Source: Rhodanobacteraceae bacterium (lineage in GTDB: Bacteria > Pseudomonadota > Gammaproteobacteria > Xanthomonadales > Rhodanobacteraceae). From it: a stretch of 61,900 nt of DNA. The stretch spans positions 1 through 61,900 of the forward strand of contig DATCSF010000047.1 in NCBI GenBank assembly GCA_036568625.1. Direction: 5' to 3'. Numbering within the stretch: the first letter of the stretch is position 1; every line of letters begins with the position of its first letter. The translations under genes and the position numbers were made by a program. Under the pieces are notes generated by a model. It saw only the letters and a list, made by a program, of their open reading frames with translations. It ran no database searches and had not been told where the DNA came from. This document shows, in pieces, positions 36,111 to 47,361 of this stretch.

Positions 36111-38642
36111 CTAAAAAATATCGTACGCCGGCGCCTGGTTCTGCTGATTCTTGGCCTCGGCGCGCAGACGATCCAGGTCCTCGATCTTGAATATCTCGCT
36201 CATGGTGTTGCCGTCGCCGGGCGGGGCGGGCAGGCCGGTGGTGCGATCAATGGTCGCGGTGACGATGCCCGGTGGCATCGGTAGCGAGGCTTCCGGCTTG
36301 CCCTGGAGCGCGGGCTCCATGAACGCCATCCAGATCGGCAGTGCGGTCTTGGCGCCGAACTCCCCGTGCCCAAGCGAACGGTAGTCGTCGAAGCCTACCC
36401 ACGCGGTCGCCACCAGGTCGGTGTTGAAGCCGCAGAACCAGCCGTCGTGATGGTCGTTGGTGGAACCGGTTTTGCCGGCGAGATCGCTGCGCCCGAGTTG
36501 CTTGACCGCGAAGCCGGTGCCGTGATCCACGACACTTTGCATCAGCGAGTTCATCAGGTAGTCGTTGCGCGGATCGATCACGCGCGGCGCCAGCAGGGGT
36601 TTGTTCGACTCGCCCTGGCCCAGCGCGTTGGCGGTATCGGTTAGCGCGCCGGGATCGCCCGCGGCGGCCGCAGGTTGCGCGGGCGCCGCGGTGGTCCTGC
36701 CTTCATCCAGCAGGCGCGCTTCGCAGGTGCGGCAAGCCTGCAGCGGATCGGCCTTGTAAATGGCCTGGCCGTCGCGGTTGTCGATTTCGGCGATGTAGTA
36801 GGGATTGATCAGGAAGCCGCCATTGGCGAAAACCGCGTAGGCGCGGGCCATAGCCATCGGCGATACCGACGCGGTGCCGAGTGCCATCGACAGGTTGGCG
36901 GGTATCGCGTCCAGCGGAAAGCCGAAGCGGGTGGCGTATTCGCGTACATAACGCACGCCCACCGCGTCGAGGAGGCGGATCGCAACGAGATTCACCGACT
37001 GCGCCAGGGCTTCGCGCAGGCGCATCGGCCCGCGGAATTTGCCGTCGTCGTTCTGCGGCGTCCACAACCCGCCGGGCTTGGCCGGATCGGGCAGGGCGAT
37101 GGGCGCGTCGTTGATGATCGACGAAGGCGTGTAGCCGCGGCTGAAGGCCGCCGAATAGATGAAAGGCTTGAAGCTCGATCCCGGCTGGCGTTGGGTCTGC
37201 ACCGCGCGATTGAACTTGCTCAGCTGGAAATTGAAGCCGCCGACCAGCGCTTTGACCGCGCCGTCGTTGGGCGACAACGCCACCATCGCGGCCTGCGCCG
37301 CGGGGATCTGTTCGAGCTCCCAGTGCTTTTTGTCGGCGGCGGCGATTTTTTCGTCCTTGGGTGGCCCGGCGGGCGCCGTGGACGGCGCGTCCGCGTCCGC
37401 GACTTCGCACACGCGGATGATGTCGCCGGGCCGGAGGATCGATGCCGCGCCCTTGCCGCCGGTCTTGGCCTTGCGCGCAAACCCGAGTGCCCACTTGATG
37501 TCGGCGATGTGCAGCGTGATGGTCTTGCCACCTTGCACGTACACCTTGGCGTCGTTTTCGGCGACCTCGGTGACGATCGCGGGATACAGCCCGCTGACAT
37601 CGTTGTAATTCGACAACGCCTGCTCCAGCGCGGCCGGCGTGACGGCTTGCGGCAGCGCGACATGCGCTTCCGGACCGCGATAGCCGTGGCGATGGTCGTA
37701 CTCTTCCAGCCGGCTGCGCAGCGCCTGGTTGGCCAGCGCCTGCAGACGGCTGTCGATGGTGGTGCGGATCACGTAACCGTCGGTCTGGGCCTGGTTGCCG
37801 AGCTTCTGCAGTGCCTGCTGGCGCACCATCTCGGCAAGGTACGGCGCATCCACTTGGATCGGCGGTTCGTGCGGCGCGGCCTCATCCGGCGCGGTGATGG
37901 CTTGCTGGTATTCGGCCTGGTTGATGAAACGATGCGAGAGCATCTGCCCCAGCACCCAGTTGCGGCGTGCGAGCAGGCGTGGCTTGTGGTCGATGGGATT
38001 GACCACCGACGGCGACTGGAACGACGATGCGATCGCCGCGCATTGGGCCAGCGTCAACTGGTCGATCGTCTTGCCGTAGTAGTACTGCGCCGCGGCGGCC
38101 ACGCCGTAGGCGCGATGGCCCAGGAACATCTTGTTGAGGTAGAGCTGCAGGATCTGGTCCTTGGAGAGTTCGTTCTCGATGCGGAACGCGGTGAGCATTT
38201 CGGTGAGCTTGCGCGTGTAGGTTTTCTGCGGGCTCAGGAAGAAGTTGCGCGCGACCTGCTGGGTGATGGTCGAGCCGCCCTGCACTTTCTCCCCGTGGTG
38301 CAGCGCGACTTCGAGAGCCGCGCGGAAGGTCGAGGTGATGTCGATGCCCGAGTGGTGGTAGAAGTCGGCGTCTTCCGCGGCCAGCACCGCGTTCTTCAGG
38401 TACGCGGGCACGTTCTCGATCTGCACCGGCATGCGGCGGGTTTCGCCGAACTCCGCGATCAGCTTGCCGTCCGCGGAGAGCACGCGCAGCGGCACCTGCA
38501 TCTGCACGTCCTTCAGCGAGGCCACCGGCGGCACCCTGGGTTCGATCAGCCAGTAGGTGACGCCGCCCGCGATGAGGCCCACTACCACCAGACCCGCCAA
38601 GCCAATCGCTGCAATCAGCGCCAGTCGTTTGAAAATTCTCAT
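36111..38642 (-). CDS. mrcA: Penicillin-binding protein 1A (bifunctional glycosyltransferase/transpeptidase)
   Basis: 843 aa with GT51 motifs EDADFYHHSGID and GGSTITQQ, and transpeptidase motifs SSFKP and KTGST. Confidence 0.95.
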   Translation of the reverse strand: MRIFKRLALIAAIGLAGLVVVGLIAGGVTYWLIEPRVPPVASLKDVQMQVPLRVLSADGKLIAEFGETRRMPVQIENVPAYLKNAVLAAEDADFYHHSGIDITSTFRAALEVALHHGEKVQGGSTITQQVARNFFLSPQKTYTRKLTEMLTAFRIENELSKDQILQLYLNKMFLGHRAYGVAAAAQYYYGKTIDQLTLAQCAAIASSFQSPSVVNPIDHKPRLLARRNWVLGQMLSHRFINQAEYQQAITAPDEAAPHEPPIQVDAPYLAEMVRQQALQKLGNQAQTDGYVIRTTIDSRLQALANQALRSRLEEYDHRHGYRGPEAHVALPQAVTPAALEQALSNYNDVSGLYPAIVTEVAENDAKVYVQGGKTITLHIADIKWALGFARKAKTGGKGAASILRPGDIIRVCEVADADAPSTAPAGPPKDEKIAAADKKHWELEQIPAAQAAMVALSPNDGAVKALVGGFNFQLSKFNRAVQTQRQPGSSFKPFIYSAAFSRGYTPSSIINDAPIALPDPAKPGGLWTPQNDDGKFRGPMRLREALAQSVNLVAIRLLDAVGVRYVREYATRFGFPLDAIPANLSMALGTASVSPMAMARAYAVFANGGFLINPYYIAEIDNRDGQAIYKADPLQACRTCEARLLDEGRTTAAPAQPAAAAGDPGALTDTANALGQGESNKPLLAPRVIDPRNDYLMNSLMQSVVDHGTGFAVKQLGRSDLAGKTGSTNDHHDGWFCGFNTDLVATAWVGFDDYRSLGHGEFGAKTALPIWMAFMEPALQGKPEASLPMPPGIVTATIDRTTGLPAPPGDGNTMSEIFKIEDLDRLRAEAKNQQNQAPAYDIF

Positions 38643-39025
38643 GCAGGTTCCGGATCAGGCGCGGTACACGGCGCTGGGCGACGCGCCGCGAATGGCGTGG
38701 CGGCGAAAGCTGTAGGGTTCGAGAGTATAGATGCACGTCCCCGACGCGGGTTCCGTGATGATCGACAACGTCCGTTTTGGCAGGAGGCGTATTCTGCGCC
38801 GCGCGCGCACGACTTTTGCATGCATGCGCGCAGGGGTGCGCGAAGGAGCAGGTTTGCGCAGGGGAATACCAGGTGGTGGACGCGAAGGCATCTCGCGGAT
38901 TTGTGACGCACTTCCGGCGAAATCATGCAGGAAACAAGGATGATTTGAGACCGAAAGAGAAGAAACATCATAAGCTTGTGCGCACTTTGCAAGGTTATTG
39001 ATATTTTGTTAACTTTCGTATCTAA

Positions 39026-40134
<1,109 letters not shown>

Positions 40135-40135
<1 letters not shown>

Positions 40136-40224
40136 TGGCCAACATCAACCTACTGCCGCGGCGCGCGGAGCGGAGCGGCGCGCAGGCGACGTTCGCCGGG
40201 CCAGTTTTGGGGGGCCTCGACTGA
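40135..40224 (+). pseudogene. Duplicated pilN 5' fragment (29-codon decoy ORF MANINLLPRRAERSG...)
   Basis: The junction TCGACTGATGGCCAA occurs at 40129 and again at 40218. The first 14 codons parallel the authentic pilN start. Confidence 0.5.
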
Positions 40225-41033
40225 TGGCCAAGATCAATCTATTGCCATGGCGCGCGGAGCGGCGTGAGCGCCGCAAGCGCGAATTTTTCACCCACCTGAT
40301 CGTCGCGTTCGTCGCCGCGGTCGTGCTGGTGCTGCTGTGGGGCTTCTGGGTGAGCCTGCGCATCGGCAACCAGAATGATCGCAATGAATACCTGCAGGGC
40401 CAGATCACCCAGCTCGACGCCAAGATCACCGAAATCCAGAACCTGCAGAAGGTCAAGGACCACCTGCTGGCCCGCAAACGCATCGTCGAGAAGCTGCAGT
40501 CCAGCCGGTCGCAGATGGTGCACCTGTTCGACCAGATCGTGCAGACCATTCCTGCCGGCGCGCGCCTGACCGGCCTGACGCAGCAGGGCGACAAGCTCAC
40601 GCTCGACGGCGTGGCGCAGTCCAATGCGACGGTCGCGCAATACATGCGCAACATAGAGGCGTCGCCGTGGATGGGGCCGACCACGCTGGTCAGCACGACC
40701 AACGTTCACAACGATACGAATACGCCTTACGAATTCCAGCTGGTGGTGGCGCTGACCACACCGAAGTCCGACGACAACGGCGCGGCGCCGGCTGCGGGTT
40801 CCTCGGCGGTCGCGCCTGCGGCCGCTGGCACTGCTGCAACCGTGGCCGGGGGCCCGCAAGACCCAACCACCGTGGCACCGACTCCGATGGCGGCGGTGCC
40901 GGGGCACGCGACATCCGGTTCGGCGGCACCCGATCCTGCCGCAACACCAGCGACGGCGGGTTCGTCCGCGACGGCAGCAGAGGCACCCCAAATGCGCGCT
41001 GCCTCCACGAGCAAGGGAGGGGCCAGGCCATGA
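40224..41033 (+). CDS. pilN: Type IV pilus assembly protein PilN with long Ala/Pro/Thr-rich C-terminal extension
   Basis: MAKINLLPWRAERRERRKREF, a TM helix and the PilN core. There are ~85 extra low-complexity residues at the C-terminus. Confidence 0.9.
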   Translation: MAKINLLPWRAERRERRKREFFTHLIVAFVAAVVLVLLWGFWVSLRIGNQNDRNEYLQGQITQLDAKITEIQNLQKVKDHLLARKRIVEKLQSSRSQMVHLFDQIVQTIPAGARLTGLTQQGDKLTLDGVAQSNATVAQYMRNIEASPWMGPTTLVSTTNVHNDTNTPYEFQLVVALTTPKSDDNGAAPAAGSSAVAPAAAGTAATVAGGPQDPTTVAPTPMAAVPGHATSGSAAPDPAATPATAGSSATAAEAPQMRAASTSKGGARP

Positions 41034-41695
41034 AATTCCTCGATGACCTGCGCAATCTCGACCGCAACAACATCGGCGGCTGGCCGAAATCGGTCAAGGG
41101 CTTTTTCGTCGCCGTCGTGGTCGTGGTGGTCGTGTTCCTCGGCTGGTACGTCTACATCAGCGGTGAACAGGACACCCTGGCTTCCGGACAGCAGCAGGAA
41201 GTGAAACTGAAACAGGAATTCGAGTCCAAGCAGGCGAAGGTGGTGAACCTCGATGCGCTGAAGGCCCAGCTTGCGCAGATGAACGAAATGCTGAGCCAGA
41301 TGCTGCGCGAGCTGCCCAGCAAGACGGAGATGCCCGCGCTGCTGGTCAACATCTCGCAAACCGCGCAAGCCGCCGGCCTCGAGACCGAGCTGTTCAAACC
41401 GCAGCCCGAGATTCCGAAAGAGTTCTACGCGATCCAGCCGATCGCGCTGAAGATGCAGGGCTCCTACCACCAGTTCGGCACCTTCATCAGCAGCGTGGCG
41501 TCGCTGCCGCGTGTGGTGATCCTCACCATGCACGACGTTTCGCTGAAGGCCGCCAAGTCGGGCGGCGCCAAGGATGCGCCGCCGCCGGGTGGTCAGTTGA
41601 TGCTGGAAGGCACGGTGCAGACCTATCGCTATCTCGGCGACGAGGAGGCGAAAGCCAAGGACGGCACGGCACCGGCCAACAAGGGAGGGCAGTGA
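41030..41695 (+). CDS. pilO: Type IV pilus assembly protein PilO
   Basis: 221 aa with an ATGA overlap with pilN, a TM helix, a coiled coil, and the motif YHQFGTFISSVASLPRVV. Confidence 0.9.
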   Translation: MKFLDDLRNLDRNNIGGWPKSVKGFFVAVVVVVVVFLGWYVYISGEQDTLASGQQQEVKLKQEFESKQAKVVNLDALKAQLAQMNEMLSQMLRELPSKTEMPALLVNISQTAQAAGLETELFKPQPEIPKEFYAIQPIALKMQGSYHQFGTFISSVASLPRVVILTMHDVSLKAAKSGGAKDAPPPGGQLMLEGTVQTYRYLGDEEAKAKDGTAPANKGGQ

Positions 41696-41697
41696 TC

Positions 41698-42216
41698 ATG
41701 CGACCCGCCCGTATTGCCATCGTCCTTGCGACGTTCGCCATGGCGCTCGGCCTCGCCGCGTGCAGTGGCCAGGGCGACCTGCACGAATGGGTTGCGCAGG
41801 TGAAGGCGCGCAAGGGTGCGCCGTTGCCCGCGCTGCCGGTCGTCAAGACCTTCGAAACCTTCATTTACCAGGATCAGGATCGGCGCGACCCGTTCGAGCC
41901 GGCGCCCCCGCAGGCGACCGCGCAGAATGCGATCGGCCCGCATCCCGACCAGAATCGCCCGCGCGAGCCGCTGGAAGCTTTCCCGCTCGACAGCCTGAAG
42001 ATGGTCGGCACGATCGGTGCGAAGGGCAGCGTCGAAGGATTGATCAAGGATCCTCAGGGCGTGATCCATCAGGTGCGTGTCGGCGATTACATGGGCCAGA
42101 ACTACGGCCACGTCATCCAGGTGACGTCCGGCGAAGTGGATCTGGTGGAGCTGGTGCCGAACGGCTCGGGTGGCTGGATGGAACGCGACGCGAGCGTCGC
42201 ATTGGGCGACAAATGA
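41698..42216 (+). CDS. pilP: Type IV pilus lipoprotein PilP
   Basis: Lipobox LGLAAC. The ATG at 41698 follows AAGGGAGGG. An alternative GTG at 41692 overlaps the pilO stop. Confidence 0.85.
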   Translation: MRPARIAIVLATFAMALGLAACSGQGDLHEWVAQVKARKGAPLPALPVVKTFETFIYQDQDRRDPFEPAPPQATAQNAIGPHPDQNRPREPLEAFPLDSLKMVGTIGAKGSVEGLIKDPQGVIHQVRVGDYMGQNYGHVIQVTSGEVDLVELVPNGSGGWMERDASVALGDK

Positions 42217-42238
42217 TGATTCATCGGGGGTTACGTTC

Positions 42239-44539
42239 ATGATGACCAAACCTGCTCACTCCCTCCGTCGCTCCAGTGGCGGCCACGACCGACCGCTCCG
42301 CGGTTGGCTGGCGTTGTTGGCGATGTCGGTGATAACGATATGCCTGCTGGTGGCGGGACCGGCCATGGCGGCCAACACCTTGCAGAACGTCAGTGCCTCG
42401 CCATTGGCCGGCGGCAAGGTCCAGGTGACGCTGACTTTCTCGGGCCCCGCCGCGACGCCGCAGGCGTTCAGCACCAACACGCCGCCGCGGATCGCGATGG
42501 ATTTCGCCGATACCAGCAACGGCCTCGCGCAGCGCAGCTACCCGGTCAATGAAGGTACCGCGCAGTCGGTCAGCGCCGTCGAGGCGAATGGTCGCACCCG
42601 TGTGGTGGTGGCGCTCACCCAGGCTTCGCCGTACGTGACGAATGTCGAAGGCAACCAGGTCATCGTGACGATCGGCGACGGCATGTCCGCCGCCACGGCT
42701 GCCGCGGCGCCGGATGCGGCCGTGCCAACACCGGCATTGGCGACGGCGCCTCCGCCGCCGCAGTCGCAACGTTCCCTTTCCATGGCCGCGACGAATCCCG
42801 ACAAGGCTGCCGCGATGGCTGCCAGCAACGTGATCACTGGCGTGGATTTCCAGCGCGGCGACCAAGGCGCGGGCAAGCTGGTGATCGATTTCAGCCAGCC
42901 CGGCGCCGCCACCAGCATGCACAGCAACGGCGACACGACCGTGATCGACGTCGCCGGCGCCAACCTCGCCGCGTCGCAGGCACGTCGACTGGATGTCACC
43001 AGCTACGGAACCCCGGTGCGCAGCGTCAACACGCATCCGGTGGCGGGCGGCGCCAGGATCGAGGTGGACACGCGCGGCGTGATGCGTACCGCGGCCTACC
43101 AAACCGGCAACCAGTACGTGGTCGAGTTCTCGCGGCCCACCTCGAGTGAACATTCCGCGCTGGGCGCACCCAAGCCCATCGTGTACAAGGGCAGCCGCGT
43201 CACCTTCAACTTCCAGGACATCCCGGTGCGTTCGGTGCTGCAGCTGCTCGCCGACGTATCCAACCTCAACATCGTGGCCGCCGACAGCGTGCAGGGCAAT
43301 GTCACCCTGCGGCTGGTCAACGTGCCCTGGGACCAGGCGCTGGACGTGATCCTGCGCGCCAAGGGGCTGGCCAAGCGCCAGAACGGCAACGTGATCTGGG
43401 TAGCTCCGCAGACCGACATCGCGAAGTACGAGGAAGACATCGCGAACGCGCGCGAGAAGCAACTCAACAGCGCGCAACTGGTCACCGATTACATCCCGAT
43501 CAATTACGGCAGCGCCAAGCAGATCGCCGATTTGCTGACCTCGGGCGCCAAGGCCGGCAATGTCGGCGGCGGCGGCGGTTCGAGCAGCGCCGAACGCGGC
43601 TTCCTGTCGCCGCGTGGCAGTGTTTCCTTTGACGAGCGCACCAATACCCTGCTGGTCAACGACACCCCGGAAAAGGTGCAGGAAATCCGGCAACTGGTGT
43701 CGGTGCTCGATCGTCCGGTCAAGCAGGTGCTGATCGAATCGCGGCTGGTGATCGCGACCGACAGCTTTACCCGCGAGCTCGGCGCGCGCCTCGGCGGCGG
43801 CATGTTCCATGTCAACCCAAGTGGACAGACGCTGTTGACCGGCCCGACCTCCGACAGCATCGATGCGGCCACCGGAGGCGGCACCTCGTTCGGCGGGAAT
43901 CCGGCCATTCCGACCGGCCTCAACATCAATCTTCCCGCGAACACTGCGGGCATCACGTCCAGCAGCATCGCATTCGGCATCCTGGGCAGCGATTACCTGC
44001 TCAACCTGGAACTGAGTGCCGCGCAACAGGAAGGCCGCAGCGAAACCATCTCGCAGCCCAAGGTGGTCACCGCCAACAACCAGGAAGCCAGCATCGTGCA
44101 GGGCCAGCAGATCGGTTACCTGACGTTCCAGAACTCCGGTGCCGGTGGCGGCGCGGGCACCGCGACGGTGCAGTTCAAGAATGCTGCACTCGAATTGCAC
44201 GTCACACCCACGATCACCTCCGACAATCGGGTGTTCATGAAGCTGCAGATTCTCAAGGATGCGGTCAGCCGGCTGGTACCCAATCCGGGCGGCGGCTTCG
44301 TGCCTCAGATCGACCATCGCGAGATCGACACCTCGGTGCTGGTCGGCAATGGGCAAACGGTGGTGCTGGGTGGCGTCTATGAATTCCAGAACGAGCATGA
44401 CGTGACCAAGGTGCCGTTCCTCGGCGACATCCCGATCCTGGGCGCCCTTTTCCGTGACAAGACGGACAAGAACAGCAAGGCGGAATTGCTGGTGTTCATC
44501 ACGCCGCACATCCTGGGCCAGGAAACCACCGTGCAGTAA
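42239..44539 (+). CDS. pilQ: Type IV pilus secretin PilQ
   Basis: 766 aa with AMIN domains, N0/N1 domains and a C-terminal secretin domain (VPFLGDIPILGALF). Confidence 0.95.
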   Translation: MMTKPAHSLRRSSGGHDRPLRGWLALLAMSVITICLLVAGPAMAANTLQNVSASPLAGGKVQVTLTFSGPAATPQAFSTNTPPRIAMDFADTSNGLAQRSYPVNEGTAQSVSAVEANGRTRVVVALTQASPYVTNVEGNQVIVTIGDGMSAATAAAAPDAAVPTPALATAPPPPQSQRSLSMAATNPDKAAAMAASNVITGVDFQRGDQGAGKLVIDFSQPGAATSMHSNGDTTVIDVAGANLAASQARRLDVTSYGTPVRSVNTHPVAGGARIEVDTRGVMRTAAYQTGNQYVVEFSRPTSSEHSALGAPKPIVYKGSRVTFNFQDIPVRSVLQLLADVSNLNIVAADSVQGNVTLRLVNVPWDQALDVILRAKGLAKRQNGNVIWVAPQTDIAKYEEDIANAREKQLNSAQLVTDYIPINYGSAKQIADLLTSGAKAGNVGGGGGSSSAERGFLSPRGSVSFDERTNTLLVNDTPEKVQEIRQLVSVLDRPVKQVLIESRLVIATDSFTRELGARLGGGMFHVNPSGQTLLTGPTSDSIDAATGGGTSFGGNPAIPTGLNINLPANTAGITSSSIAFGILGSDYLLNLELSAAQQEGRSETISQPKVVTANNQEASIVQGQQIGYLTFQNSGAGGGAGTATVQFKNAALELHVTPTITSDNRVFMKLQILKDAVSRLVPNPGGGFVPQIDHREIDTSVLVGNGQTVVLGGVYEFQNEHDVTKVPFLGDIPILGALFRDKTDKNSKAELLVFITPHILGQETTVQ

Positions 44540-44561
44540 GGTTTCACGCCAGTCGAGACGC

Positions 44562-44596
44562 AACGACGGCGCGGGCAACCGCGCCGTCGTTTTTTC
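44562..44596 (+). terminator. Rho-independent terminator after pilQ
   Basis: Perfect 13-bp stem AACGACGGCGCGG / CCGCGCCGTCGTT, a GCAA loop, and a T6 run. Confidence 0.85.
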
Positions 44597-44656
44597 CGGG
44601 GCCACGGTGCCCGCTGCGGACAAAACTTTCACGCCCGGCTGTGGTCTACTGGGCGC

Positions 44657-45694
44657 ATGCACGCCGACAGCTATCCCACGCCGGAATCCGCCGCGTCGTT
44701 TCCCGCGCCACACGATGCAGACGCTTCGTCGCTGCACGCCCGCTTCGCGGGTTTGCGCGACGCGCTGCAACACGAAGTCATCGGCCAGCCCGCCTTGGTC
44801 GATCGGTTGCTGATCGCGTTGCTGGCAGACGGACACCTGCTGGTCGAGGGCGCGCCGGGTCTCGCCAAGACCACGGCCATCAAGGCGTTGGCGGCGCGCA
44901 TCGAGGCCGACTTCCATCGCGTGCAATTCACGCCCGACCTGCTGCCGGCCGATCTCACCGGCACCGACGTGCTGCGCCCGCAGACCGGCGTGTTCGAATT
45001 CGAACCCGGGCCGTTGTTCCACAACCTGGTGTTGGCCGACGAAATCAACCGTGCGCCGGCCAAGGTGCAGTCCGCGCTGCTGGAAGCCATGGCCGAGCGC
45101 CAGGTCACGATCGGCCGCCGCTCGTGGCCGTTGCCGCGGCTTTTCCTGGTGATGGCGACGCAGAATCCCATCGAGCAGGAGGGTACGTTTCCGTTGCCCG
45201 AGGCGCAGCTCGATCGTTTCCTGCTGCACGTGCCGGTGCGCTACCCGGCGGCCGGCGCCGAACGCGAGATCATGCAGCTTGCCCGCCGCCGCGCGCGCGA
45301 GGAACTGGCGCCGCACGCGGAACCCCCGCGGCAGCTCAGCCAGTCCGACATCTTCACCGCGCGCGAACAGGTGCTGAACCTGCACATGGCCGACGGCCTC
45401 GAGGAATACATCGTGCAACTGGTGCTTGCGACCCGCGATCCGCGGCCATGGGCGCCGAAGCTGCGCGAACGGATTGCGTGGGGCGCGAGCCCGCGGGCCA
45501 GCATTGCGCTGGAACGCTGCGCGCGCGCGAGTGCATGGCTGGCGGGTCGCGATTACGTGCTGCCGGAGGACATCCAGTCGCTTGCACCCGACGTGTTGCG
45601 CCATCGCGTGCTGCTGGGTTATGAAGCGGAAGCGGAGGGTTTGCGTGTGGACGACGTGGTGCGGCAACTGCTGGAGCGCGTGCCGTTGCCTTGA
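44657..45694 (+). CDS. MoxR-family AAA+ ATPase
   Basis: 345 aa with Walker A GAPGLAKT, Walker B LADEINRA and the typical MoxR C-terminal helical domain. Confidence 0.9.
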   Translation: MHADSYPTPESAASFPAPHDADASSLHARFAGLRDALQHEVIGQPALVDRLLIALLADGHLLVEGAPGLAKTTAIKALAARIEADFHRVQFTPDLLPADLTGTDVLRPQTGVFEFEPGPLFHNLVLADEINRAPAKVQSALLEAMAERQVTIGRRSWPLPRLFLVMATQNPIEQEGTFPLPEAQLDRFLLHVPVRYPAAGAEREIMQLARRRAREELAPHAEPPRQLSQSDIFTAREQVLNLHMADGLEEYIVQLVLATRDPRPWAPKLRERIAWGASPRASIALERCARASAWLAGRDYVLPEDIQSLAPDVLRHRVLLGYEAEAEGLRVDDVVRQLLERVPLP

Positions 45695-45744
45695 GCGCCG
45701 GACTCGGTACTCGGGATTGGAGAATGTCTGACCGCACCTCAATG

Positions 45745-45877
45745 TCGCCATTCCGGGGCCGTTTCCCGGTTCATCGAAACCCGGAACCCAGCGCCGTTTG
45801 CTCGACACAAGTCGCTGGGTTCCTCGCTCCTCAAAACGCGGCCATCCCTGGTCGCTCCCCGCGTCGCGGGGATGACG
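45745..45877. repeat. REP-like palindromic element (GTCGCTGGGTTCC family) inside the moxR-DUF58 spacer
   Basis: Hairpin GGAACCCAGCG...CGCTGGGTTCC and a terminal CCCCGCGTCGCGGGGATGACG. It is related to the copy at 16115-16210. Confidence 0.5.
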
Positions 45878-45904
45878 AAAATATGCGCGACCTTGCACGC
45901 GGTC

Positions 45905-46855
45905 ATGATGGATAACGCGGAGAAAAACAGTCGGTCAGGACGTGCCGACGGAATCACCCGCGTCGATCTCGCGGCACTGATTGCGCTGCGCGCGCGCGCG
46001 GGCAGGCCGGGCAACGTCCGGATGCGTGCGCACACACCGCTTGCCGGCGGCCACGTTTCGGCATTGCGTGGACGCGGGATGGACTACGCCGAGTCGCGCA
46101 TCTACCAAGCCGGCGACGATGCGCGGAACATCGATTGGCGGCGCACCGCGCGCAGCGGCAAATGGCATACCAAGTTGTTCGAGGCGGAGCGCGAACGCAG
46201 CCTGCTGCTGTTGATCGACACCCATGCGACGATGCGCTTCGGCACGCGCGCACGCTACAAGTCCGTCGCCGCCGCACGTGCGGCGGCATGGCTGGCCTGG
46301 ACCTGCGTGCGCGGCGGGGATCGCGTTGGCGCCTTGGCGTTCGGCGCCGTGCGCAATGCCGTCGATCCGCACGCGGGGACCCGCGGCGCATTGAATACGC
46401 TGGGCGCGCTGGCGCGTTGGGATGCGTTGGCCAACGCAAACGACAATGCGGGAGAGCCACTGTCGGCGGCCATCACGCGCGCACAGCGGCTGGCCGCATC
46501 GGGCAATCGGGTTTGCTTGCTGTCGGACGGCTGGTGCGTTGATTCGGCGGCGGCCGCGGCGCTTGCCCGCATGGCGCAGCATGCCGACCTGCGGGTCGTG
46601 CTCGTGGTCGATGCCATCGAACGCGAGTTGGCACCCAAGGGCTCCTATGTGTTCGAGGCGGGTTCCGACAGGCGGACGGTCGATCTGGCCAGCGCCCAAA
46701 CGCGTGTGAAGTTTCGCGATGATCTTGCCCGGGGCTGGCGTGGCCTGGCCGAGACTTGCGGCGCCCTCGGGCTCGCATGGACGGTGCTGACGACGCGCGA
46801 TGAACCCGAGGTGGCCTTGGCATCGTTCTTGCGCGGACGAGGGCGGCAGTCGTGA
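45905..46855 (+). CDS. DUF58-domain protein (vWA-like, MoxR partner)
   Basis: DUF58 signature GMDYAESRIYQAGDDARNIDWRRTAR. The start is uncertain (45905 or 45908; the track ORF starts at 45872). Confidence 0.85.
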   Translation: MMDNAEKNSRSGRADGITRVDLAALIALRARAGRPGNVRMRAHTPLAGGHVSALRGRGMDYAESRIYQAGDDARNIDWRRTARSGKWHTKLFEAERERSLLLLIDTHATMRFGTRARYKSVAAARAAAWLAWTCVRGGDRVGALAFGAVRNAVDPHAGTRGALNTLGALARWDALANANDNAGEPLSAAITRAQRLAASGNRVCLLSDGWCVDSAAAAALARMAQHADLRVVLVVDAIERELAPKGSYVFEAGSDRRTVDLASAQTRVKFRDDLARGWRGLAETCGALGLAWTVLTTRDEPEVALASFLRGRGRQS

Positions 46856-47361
46856 ACGCCGAAGGCCCGGTGTTGCGCGACATCCATCTGCCGCCGGCGG
46901 CGTGGTGGCCCCCCGCGCCCGGCTGGTGGCTGCTTGCGCTTTTCGTGGTCGCGCTGGCTGCGGGCGTGGCGTGGTGGCTGTGGCGGCGTGCGCGCAAAGG
47001 CCCATTGCGCGCCGCGTTGCGAGAGGTGGACGCCATCGAATCGGCGTACGCAGTCAACCATGATGCCATGCGGTTGGCGGACGCATGTTCGCGCCTGCTG
47101 CGGCGCGTCGCGCGCCGGGTCGATCCGGCTGCTGCATCCCGGGCCGGCGCGACATGGCGCGAATTCCTGCATCGTCATGCGCGCGATACTGCCACCCGGC
47201 GGGCGCTGGATGATCTCGACGATGCGCGGTTTCGTGCAGACCCAAATCTGGATGCCCCGGCATTGTTCGCTGCATTGCGGACGTGGTGCCGGGCGGCCCT
47301 GTGCCGCCCCGCGCCGCGCCGGCGCGGATCGACAAGTGCGATGCAGCGGGTACCACCATGA
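46852..47361 (+). CDS. DUF4381-like small membrane protein
   Basis: 169 aa. GTGA overlap with the DUF58 gene. Single TM helix WWLLALFVVALAAGVAWWLW, in the position typical of Bat-type operons. Confidence 0.7.
   Translation: MNAEGPVLRDIHLPPAAWWPPAPGWWLLALFVVALAAGVAWWLWRRARKGPLRAALREVDAIESAYAVNHDAMRLADACSRLLRRVARRVDPAAASRAGATWREFLHRHARDTATRRALDDLDDARFRADPNLDAPALFAALRTWCRAALCRPAPRRRGSTSAMQRVPP

Noticed and set aside
42221-45898. A 1225-aa minus-strand ORF spanning pilQ and moxR. Similar giants occur at 4021-6762, 28403-30700, 30770-33157, 7695-9623 and 50344-52329.
   Set aside because: These ORFs lie antisense to genes with clear family signatures. Their translations are Arg/Gly/Ala/His-rich with no motifs, which is typical of stop-codon-poor antisense frames in GC-rich DNA.
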